DNA from: an uncultured Eubacteriales bacterium
GTDB taxonomy: Bacteria; Bacillota; Clostridia; Oscillospirales; CAG-272
Direction of reading: 5' to 3'
Assembly (NCBI GenBank): GCA_905201895.1
Contig: CAJKPX010000007.1
Span: 3,240-67,239, forward strand
Length of the DNA: 64,000 nt
The position numbers were made by a program, and so were the translations under genes. Position 1 is the first letter of the stretch; each line of letters opens with the position of its first letter. Positions 50,632 to 58,400 of the stretch are shown piece after piece. A model generated the notes under the pieces. It was not told the DNA's origin, searched no databases, and was given only the letters and a program-made list of their open reading frames with translations.

Positions 50632-51291
50632 ATGTTTTGGGAAAATTTTTTAACTTTATGTAGGAATCGAAATGTTTCACCGTCATTCGTTTGCACCACG
50701 CTCGGTTTATCCACCACGCTTGTTTCTCGTTGGCGGAACGGATCAATCCCACGAGATATTACCTTATTAAAGATAGCGGAGTATTTCGGCGTTCCGACCG
50801 ATGCGCTCACAATGGAGGACATTGATATTATCAAGGCGGCGGACATCGCCGCTCGGATGATCCAAGACCCTTCCCTCGTGGAGCAGATCGAGAATCGGGG
50901 CGTGCGCGTTCCCGTGTACGGAAATGTTTCCGCAGGTATCCCGCTTGAAGCCATTACCGATATTGATGACTATGAGGATATCTCGCAGGAGATGGCGGCA
51001 AAGGGGGAGTATGCCGCGCTCCGCATTCACGGAGACTCAATGGAGCCTCGCATGAGGGACGGAGACATTGTCATCGTGAGACTACAAGACACGATCGAGA
51101 GCGGTGAAACAGCCATCGTCATGATCAACGGAGGAGATGCCACTTGCAAAAAGATCAAGCGCACCGAGGACGGCATCATGCTCATCTCGACCAATCCAAA
51201 GTATGAGCCCATGTTCTTTACCAACAAGCAGATCGAGGGGCTTCCGATCACGATCTGGGGCAAGGTTGTCGAGCTCCGCGCAAAGTTTTAA
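50632..51291 (+). CDS. CI-like repressor (XRE HTH + S24 LexA-type autopeptidase)
   Basis: 219-aa ORF with an N-terminal HTH. C-terminus has VPVYGNVSAGIP...RIHGDSMEPRMRDGDIVIV...CKKI (Ser/Lys dyad context). Confidence 0.85.
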   Translation: MFWENFLTLCRNRNVSPSFVCTTLGLSTTLVSRWRNGSIPRDITLLKIAEYFGVPTDALTMEDIDIIKAADIAARMIQDPSLVEQIENRGVRVPVYGNVSAGIPLEAITDIDDYEDISQEMAAKGEYAALRIHGDSMEPRMRDGDIVIVRLQDTIESGETAIVMINGGDATCKKIKRTEDGIMLISTNPKYEPMFFTNKQIEGLPITIWGKVVELRAKF

Positions 51292-51300
51292 AAAAGAAAA

Positions 51301-51325
51301 CGCCTCCCCTTTCATCGGGGAGGCG
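51301..51325. terminator. Hairpin terminator between the CI-like gene and a convergent small gene
   Basis: CGCCTCCCC-TTTCAT-CGGGGAGGCG. An A-run lies on the plus-strand 5' side, giving a T-run for minus-strand transcripts. Confidence 0.55.
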
Positions 51326-51344
51326 TAGTCGCCTACATCATTAT

Positions 51345-51497
51345 TTAGACATGGATCAAGGTCTGTTTTCGTTCCTCCGGAGGCAATATCTGGAAAAGAA
51401 GGGCTTCGATAAACCGCAGAACCTTTGTATCTGCAATCTTGTCGACGTAGTTATGGATCGTGTCTCTTCTGCAAGCGAGATTGTCTTCGGTGGTCAT
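51345..51497 (-). CDS. 50-aa hypothetical protein
   Basis: Start at MTTEDNLAC, preceded by ACAGGAGAATAAAG. The longer 86-aa frame lacks an RBS. Confidence 0.35.
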   Translation of the reverse strand: MTTEDNLACRRDTIHNYVDKIADTKVLRFIEALLFQILPPEERKQTLIHV

Positions 51498-51608
51498 GTC
51501 TTTATTCTCCTGTGTAGGTAAGTTTCCGAGGTTTTCTCGGTAGTTAAATTTTAGCACAAAATCGTTAATTCTGCAAGATTCAAATTTGCGAAAAAGAGGT
51601 ATCAAAAA

Positions 51609-52016
51609 ATGTGGGTTGACAAACTAAAAGAAATCAAAGAGCGCAAAGGAATGACCACAAAGATGATTGCGCAGAGAGCAAATTTGCCCGAATCTACAGT
51701 AAAAAGGATACTGATGGGTGACACGGATGCTCCGCGCGTGGACACTTTGTGCCAAATCGTAGCCGCGCTCGATAGCACGCTTGACGAGCTCTTTGCGGAG
51801 AGCGGAAGTATCCTCGCAAACGAAACCACCATCGCCTTGCAGGAGGAGCGCGACAGACTCCTTGCAGATCGCGATAGGCTCACCGAGGAGCTTGATATGC
51901 TCAAGGCACAGATTGCCTCCCTCATGGCAGAGAAGGAGATTCTGCGCGAGAAGAACGATGCCCTCAAGGATCAAGTCATTGAATTGCTTTCAAAACATCT
52001 TGCAAGCAACGGATAA
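51609..52016 (+). CDS. Second XRE-family HTH regulator with C-terminal coiled-coil
   Basis: 135-aa ORF. MTTKMIAQRANLPESTVKRILMG is an HTH. The C-terminus has heptad repeats (LTEELDMLKAQIASLMAEKEILREKNDALKDQV). Confidence 0.65.
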   Translation: MWVDKLKEIKERKGMTTKMIAQRANLPESTVKRILMGDTDAPRVDTLCQIVAALDSTLDELFAESGSILANETTIALQEERDRLLADRDRLTEELDMLKAQIASLMAEKEILREKNDALKDQVIELLSKHLASNG

Positions 52017-52101
52017 AGAAAAAAGTAGCGGAGCTGCAAGCAGATTCGGATTTTCAAAAGATGCAAAATTATTATATTAGAAAGAATGGGTGAGGTGGAA
52101 A

Positions 52102-52494
52102 ATGAACACAAAAAATCAAATTCAGGAGGATATTAAAAACAAAGGAAGAACCGATGCAGATGTCATCAAGTTAGACTCTCGGAACAAGGCAAATAGATAC
52201 GCGGATCTTGCTCGTGCTCAAAGCGCAGGGCAGATTTCCGACCTTCAAAGGCATGTAAAATTCATCTTGATCCCCGCCCAGCGAGAGCCCGACATTAGAG
52301 GCGTTCGCGGTGGTATCACGAGAGGTAAGCTTCTTGAGAAGGAATGCGCTTACTACGCCGACTTCGTATACATCGACAAATACGGCAGACGAATTGTGGA
52401 GGATGCGCAATCTCCTGCCACACGGACAGAGGCGTATCAAATCAAGAAGAAGCTTATGCTATACGTTCACCACATAATTATTAAAGAAGTTTAG
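52102..52494 (+). CDS. Second DUF1064-family paralog (opposite strand to 46626-47039)
   Basis: The C-terminal ~95 aa are near-identical to the other copy (AGQISDLQR.VKF.LIP.QREPDIRGVRGGIT.GKLLEKECAYYADFVY...). ATG preceded by GGGTGAGGTGGAAA. Confidence 0.6.
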   Translation: MNTKNQIQEDIKNKGRTDADVIKLDSRNKANRYADLARAQSAGQISDLQRHVKFILIPAQREPDIRGVRGGITRGKLLEKECAYYADFVYIDKYGRRIVEDAQSPATRTEAYQIKKKLMLYVHHIIIKEV

Positions 52495-52530
52495 AGACAC
52501 AATAAATACATTTAAAAAAGGAGTAACTTT

Positions 52531-52974
52531 ATGTGGGTTTTTATTGTTATTGCTATTGTTGCGCTCCTATTGCTACTGCTATCTAAACATAATCAAGGCA
52601 AACAAAAGGATTCTGTCCTTACAAATTCATTTCAGAAGACAGAAATCATGAACCGAGTAATTAAATGCGAAACAAGCAATGACCCAAATCTTTCAGAAGA
52701 ACGCTATAAATTGTACAATTTCTTGAAAAACTACAGTGAAATATTTGAGGGAGCGTTTTCAGAGTTAACATTCACCCAATTTTCAAATGCAATCGACTTT
52801 ATGAAAGCACAAGGTTTTTTATATAGTTCGCACGGAGACTACCTTCCTATAGCATCTTTTTGCTTTGTTCATCCTCTTGCTTTTGCATCTTCATTCTTTA
52901 GTAATTCAAATAATAACAATATAACATGGGAAGAGACAGCGAAAAACATCCTATGGTATTTTGAAAATAATTGA
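52531..52974 (+). CDS. N-terminally membrane-anchored protein, unknown function (AT-rich moron next to int)
   Basis: 147-aa ORF. TM helix is WVFIVIAIVALLLLLL. Visibly AT-rich codon usage compared with neighbouring genes. Confidence 0.5.
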   Translation: MWVFIVIAIVALLLLLLSKHNQGKQKDSVLTNSFQKTEIMNRVIKCETSNDPNLSEERYKLYNFLKNYSEIFEGAFSELTFTQFSNAIDFMKAQGFLYSSHGDYLPIASFCFVHPLAFASSFFSNSNNNNITWEETAKNILWYFENN

Positions 52975-52990
52975 TTGATTGGTGGATGAA

Positions 52991-54034
52991 ATGGCACAGA
53001 GATCAACAAAGCGCAACGATGGACGGCTTGTCCGTGCCATCACAGACCCTCGCACAGGTAAGCGCAAATATTTCTACGGCGCGACCGAGAGAGAAATAAA
53101 CAAAAAAATAATGGAGTACACCGCCAAGATCGAGAGCGGCAGACCCTTCAGAGAGGTCGCAGAGGAGTGGTGGGAGGCTTCAAAGGATGGCTTGGCATAC
53201 CAAACCATAAAGGTGTATAAGCCTGCCCTGGAGAGAGCCGTGGAGGCTCTCGGTGATATGTCCATCCGTGACATCAAGCCGAGGGATATAAGCGCACTTC
53301 TCCAACGGATGGCAAAGGCGGATTATGCCCTCAAGACCGTTGCCAATCAACGGACCGTTATCAATCAGGTGTTCCGCCATGCTATCCTTGAGTGTGACAT
53401 CGAGGTTAATCCATGCGCATCCGTCCCCACGCCAAAGAACCTAAAAAAGGTGCGAAGGGATGCCGCCACCACAACGGACGAGGATATCGTGCGAGAGCAT
53501 CGTGACCTTTGGGCTTTTCCTTACATCGCTCTGATGACCGGAATGCGCAAGGGAGAGATCCTTGCGCTCCAATGGAAAGACATTGACTTTGATGAGGATG
53601 TCATCCACGTCACCAAATCGGTGGGACATCAAGGTGACAGACCATTCATCAAAGAGCCAAAGACAGAGGCAGGGACTCGCATAGTCCCACTCTTGGCGGA
53701 TCTAAAAGAATTCCTTCTCACATTCAAAAAGAGAAGGGCAGAGCACTACATCATATCAGATGACGGAAAGACTCCTCTAACCAACAGAAGATATCTCACC
53801 TTGTCAAAGCATTTTAAGGAGCAGACGGGCGTGGAATGCACGGCGCATCAATTGCGCCACTCGTTTGCCACGATAGCCTTTGAGAACGATGTTGATGCCA
53901 AATCGATACAAGAAATCATCGGTCACAAGCAGCTATCAACCACCATGGATATCTATGCGGATTTCCGCGAACAATCCGTAAAAAAGGCGGCGGAAAAGCT
54001 CAACAAATCCTCGTTGTCAACGCCAAAAAAATAG
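52991..54034 (+). CDS. int: Tyrosine recombinase / phage integrase
   Basis: N-terminal SAM-like core-binding region. Catalytic-domain motifs LMTGMRKGEILALQWKDID, AHQLRHSFAT and GHKQLSTTMDIYAD (R..HxxR..Y). Adjacent to attR. Confidence 0.9.
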   Translation: MAQRSTKRNDGRLVRAITDPRTGKRKYFYGATEREINKKIMEYTAKIESGRPFREVAEEWWEASKDGLAYQTIKVYKPALERAVEALGDMSIRDIKPRDISALLQRMAKADYALKTVANQRTVINQVFRHAILECDIEVNPCASVPTPKNLKKVRRDAATTTDEDIVREHRDLWAFPYIALMTGMRKGEILALQWKDIDFDEDVIHVTKSVGHQGDRPFIKEPKTEAGTRIVPLLADLKEFLLTFKKRRAEHYIISDDGKTPLTNRRYLTLSKHFKEQTGVECTAHQLRHSFATIAFENDVDAKSIQEIIGHKQLSTTMDIYADFREQSVKKAAEKLNKSSLSTPKK

Positions 54035-54131
54035 ACAAAAAAGGCGGTTTTGTTGTCAAAGTGTTGTCAGAGGAAAAAGGTCAAAAAATCCCTACTATAT
54101 ATATTATATAGTTTCAACAATTGCAAGAGAT

Positions 54132-54158
54132 TTCAAATCTCTCCTTCTCCGCCAAAAA
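54132..54158 (+). repeat. attR core (27-bp copy of the tRNA-Ser 3' end)
   Basis: Identical to 9214-9240. The match extends leftward with one mismatch. Confidence 0.85.
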
Positions 54159-54159
54159 A

Positions 54160-54195
54160 GATAGGTATCACCTTGCGTGATACCTATCTTTTTTT
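54160..54195 (+). terminator. Rho-independent terminator after attR
   Basis: GATAGGTATCAC-CTTGC-GTGATACCTATC followed by TTTTTTT. Confidence 0.6.
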
Positions 54196-54307
54196 GACAG
54201 AAAAAGCATACGATGCAGAGCTCCGCAAATTGACGCTTGCGACAATTTGCCAAGAGCGTGCGCAGAGCAGGAACAGGCGACCTTGCACAGCATTTCCGCG
54301 CACGCTT

Positions 54308-54337
54308 GAGTTCGTAAATCTCTCCTTCTCCGCCAAA
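54308..54337 (+). repeat. Third, imperfect copy of the tRNA-Ser 3' end (older att scar)
   Basis: GAGTTCGTAAATCTCTCCTTCTCCGCCAAA compared with tRNA GAGTTCAAATCTCTCCTTCTCCGCCAAA: a 2-nt insertion, and 22 nt identical (54316-54337). Confidence 0.75.
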
Positions 54338-54344
54338 CAAAAAC

Positions 54345-54377
54345 CGCAATTCCGATACAAAGGGATTGCGTTTTTTG
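54345..54377 (+). terminator. Rho-independent terminator after the third att-like copy
   Basis: CGCAATTCC...GGGATTGCG stem followed by TTTTTT. Confidence 0.5.
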
Positions 54378-54434
54378 TATTTATGTGGTATAATAACATA
54401 ATAATAATCAGTTGCGACGAAAGGAGGATACTTT

Positions 54435-54938
54435 ATGGCAAAACAATTTTTATGGATAACGAACACAGAAGAAAACATACGGTTTTATCGTGATTCCTCC
54501 CCTAAGTCCAACCTTTCGCTTCATTTTGCATCTGCTATTGATTGCGACACAAAGAAAAACATTTGCAGATTTGTTCGCTATTTAAGGAAAGAGTTTTTCT
54601 TCCCGATAAGATGCAATGTTTATTTTTGCAATCAAGAGAAGTTTCATTCCTCAAAGGGAGGTTATTGTTACGGCATCTTTTACTCTAATGAGGAAAGCAC
54701 CGGGCGCATTTATCCGCAGATATACATACCTGCAAATATGGATTTGTTTTCCGTTTATCATTCGCTCTCGCACGAGCTAACACATTATTTTCAGTGGTAC
54801 TTTTTAGACGATAATAAAAAAGGGGACCGTTCGCTTGAAATCCAAGCGTCAAAATATGCGACTCGAATTTTAGAAGAATATTGTAACTACCGCTGTAAAG
54901 AGCCCGACAGTTCTTGCAAATCTTGCCACGGACAATAA
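54435..54938 (+). CDS. HExxH-motif protein (putative small zinc metallopeptidase), AT-rich islet
   Basis: 167-aa ORF. SLSHELTHYFQWY contains HExxH. C-terminal Cys pairs (CNYRCKEPDSSCKSC). Lies between att-like scars. Confidence 0.4.
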   Translation: MAKQFLWITNTEENIRFYRDSSPKSNLSLHFASAIDCDTKKNICRFVRYLRKEFFFPIRCNVYFCNQEKFHSSKGGYCYGIFYSNEESTGRIYPQIYIPANMDLFSVYHSLSHELTHYFQWYFLDDNKKGDRSLEIQASKYATRILEEYCNYRCKEPDSSCKSCHGQ

Positions 54939-55408
54939 TTTTGTATCAAAATTACAGTCATTAGCCAAGGAATGAAGGTGTTACCGCTAGGTGACACCTT
55001 CATTTTTTCGTGGTAAAAGTGCATGATGCAGAGCTCCGCAAAAGCCGCTAAAGGCGGCGTTGCCAGAGCGTGCTCAGAAATTGAGTAAAGGGCTACAACA
55101 GCATAACAGCGCACGCCGAAGTCCATAAACTCTTCTTGGTTTATCCCCTTTTCGCCATACTCTGCCACCGTCAAGCCACTTTTCCTCCCCTTTGTACCAC
55201 ACTCCGCCACCGTCAATCACTCTCTGCCGCCGTCGGTCACTTTTTTGACATCTTGCACCACTTTTTTCCACCCCTCACCCCTTTTTCACCCCTCTTTTTT
55301 GAAATTTCACCCCTACGGGGTGGAGCAAAAATCGGGACGGTTATGATAAAATGATATCAGCAAAGAAGTTTGCCCAGATTCATTCTTGATTTGAAAGGAG
55401 CTTGTAAG

Positions 55409-58400
55409 ATGAAGAAAACGGGAAAAGCTTTACAAATGATGCTTGCCGTGCTGCTTTGCACGGCGCTGGCAATCGGCCTTTTGGCATTCACCGCGTCTGC
55501 GGGGACAACGGTTTCCTCGGTAACGGTGGACGGCAAAACGCTCAACGCCGCCACGCCCTATCTGGTGGATATCGGCTCGGGCTACGCGGTAGACGACGGA
55601 GAAACCCTGCTCGCTACCTACAAGGCGGTTGCGCATTTTGACGTTGCAGGCGGTATCCTGACGCTGACCGACTACAACGGCGGCGCCATCTCCACCTCTG
55701 CCACAGGCGATCTCACGGTCAAGCTGGTTGGCGAGAACAACATCTCGCACCAGGCAGTTGGCATTGATATGCCCGAGGGTGGAAATCTGACGATCACCGC
55801 CGACAGTGCCGCGACACTGCACATTCAAAACCAGCTTGCCATCGACCATGAATATGAGCCCCCCCACTACGTCGGCATCTCCAACAACTTTGAAGGCTCC
55901 TATGCGCCTGCCGGGAAATCGGGTGACAGCGTAACCATTATGGGCGCGGCATCGGTTTCGATTGAATCGACCAAAACCTACACCAGCGGCGGAGCCTACG
56001 GAATCGGTGCCTACGGTATGATCTCGGTTTTGGGCAATGCAAGCCTGACAATCGAGGCAAACCACGTATATTCCAACATAGCGGCCGGCGTTTATTCTCT
56101 CGACAGCACGATCGTGATCAACACCACGGGTGACGTTTCGATCACAGCTTGCGGCAAGCCCGGCTACGAGCGCGGTGAAAACATCTTCCGTGCATCGAGT
56201 ATGCAGCTCGGTGCGGTTGGTAATATGACGCTGGATTGGACCTATCCGGAATTCTACAAAGAATGCGAGATCGAATACAGCGGCGATCTGACCGACGGCA
56301 ACTATAAGATCGGCACGCTCCCCGACGATATGACCAGCAAGACCTATGCCTACAAGTTCCCCGTCACCGTTACGGGCGGTGTGGCAAAGGTGGACGGCGT
56401 GGAGGTTACCTCTGCGAGCAAGGGAGAGATTGTGACGGTCGAAGCCGACGCTCCCGAGGCGGGGATGACCTTTATGCAGTGGGGCACCACCGTGGGCGAG
56501 GTGACCTTTGCCGACGCAACGGAGAGCACCACCACCTTCACGATGACCGGCGGCGCGGTTGAGCTGGAGTCCACCTACGAGCCGCTCTACGGGATCACCG
56601 TCAACCACGGCACGGCAAACGTGAGCACGGCACCTGCAGGAACGATCGTGACCATCACGGCAGACGAGCCCGAATTGGGCTATCAGTTTGCAGGCTGGAC
56701 GGTCACGGCGGGCGGCGTGACACCGACGGATGCTGCCGCGATGACCACCTCCTTCCTGGTGGAATACAGTAACGTTGCCATCACGGCAACCTATGCCCCG
56801 ATCAATTATAGCGTGACCGTGACCGACGGAACGGCAACGATCGACGAATCGCCGATCACCGAGGCAACGATCGAGGACACCGTGACCGTCACAGCAAACG
56901 ATCCTGCCACGGGTTACGTCTTTCGGGAGTGGCAGATCAGCATGGGCAGCTGTACGATTGCCGATGCCACTGCCGCAACCACAACCTTTAGCGACCTTTC
57001 CTCCAACGTAATAATCGTTGCCACCTATGAAAAGGCAACCTTCACGGTCTCCACCGAGTACGCCACGGCAACCAAGGACGGCGATCCCGTGACCTCGGCG
57101 CAGATCGGCGACGTCTTCACGATCACCGCGGAGGAGCGTGCAGGCGCAACCTTCAACGGTTGGAGCGTCAACGGCGGCTCGGTTGCGGGCGTCGACAGCA
57201 CCACCACCTTCACGGCGGACGGTACGGGCGATATCGTGATCACGGCACTTTATTCCTACACCGATTACAAGGTTTCGATCGAGGACGGCAAGGGCTACGT
57301 CAACCACATCGACAATGAGATCACGGACGCGAACGTCGGCGAGGGTATTTATATCTCCGCGGATAGCCCTGCATCGGGATACGCCTTTATCCGTTGGGAA
57401 ATCGTGAGCGGTGCGGTCACACTTGAGGATCCAACCTCCGACGTCACCTCCTTTACCATGACCGCGGGCGACGTGGTGCTGCGTGCGGTTTACGCCGAGA
57501 TCGTTGAGCTGGATCGCTTGGACTTCACGATGGCAGCTCCCACGGTTGGCGCGCATCCGAGCTTTGCTCTGACATCTGCGGAGCCGACCAAATACGGCGT
57601 TGACACGGTTCGCATCTACCTCTATGAGGGGCTCTTCCCCGATCTGACCGACGAGGACGTCTACCTGCTCGGCAAGGGCTACGAGCTGGAGCTGCGCTTT
57701 GAACTTGAAAACGGCTACGAGCTTGCCGATGACGCCAAATTCTACGTCAACGGCGTGGAAATGACCAACAACGGTACCTACACCAAGCGCTATTATTTTG
57801 AATTTCCCGTACCGATCACCGTCACGGGCGGCAACGCATACGCAGACGGCGACCGCACCGAACAGATCACTGTGGGACGAAACCAATGGGTTTACCTCCG
57901 TGCAGACGAGGCTCCCGAGGGAAAGGTGTTCAAATATTGGAAGGTCCTCTCGGGCAACGTCACGATCAGCCAACCCACCAATGAGGAAACCTACTTCCAG
58001 ATTGAGGAGGATGGTGTGGAGATCGTGGCGGTCTTTGCAACGCCGCTCGATGAAATGAGCTTCACCGTCCCCGATTTCGTGCGCGGTGAGAACGTCAACC
58101 TCACGGTCAACTCCGCCGAGCCCGAAAAGTATTGGGCGGAGAACGTGGTCATTGTGGTCTATTCTGTGAACATACCGCTCACCCCCTCCGACAAATATCT
58201 GCCGCTGACCGAATATAAGATCAGCTTTGACGTGGTCACGGCAGACGGCTCGATCCTCACGAGCGAAACCGTGAAAACCCTCAACGGAAAAACGCTCTAC
58301 GGCAACTACTACGAAAGCTCCCATTGGGGTTATCTTACAACGAGGGGAGCGGTCACCGTCACGGGTGGCACCGCCTACGCGGACTCCGAGCGCACCGAGG

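Larger units (their letters stand above)
9214..54158. mobile_element. Integrated prophage (~44.9 kb) in tRNA-Ser, podovirus-like gene content
   Basis: Bounded by the 27-bp direct repeat. Contains integrase, CI/Cro switch, replication/recombination genes, terS/terL/portal/scaffold/capsid and tail-fibre-like genes. Composition is visibly more AT-rich than the flanks. Confidence 0.9.

Noticed and set aside
54196-54340. The ~120-nt element ending in a tRNA-like 3' end could be a tRNA pseudogene or a tmRNA/tRNA-like ncRNA. The same applies to its homolog at 55005-55140.
   Set aside because: - No 5' segment complementary to CTTCTCC exists to form an acceptor stem.
- The T-arm is disrupted by a 2-nt insertion.
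- Upstream sequence has no D or anticodon arm.
- It is better explained as an att scar with its phage-derived arm.
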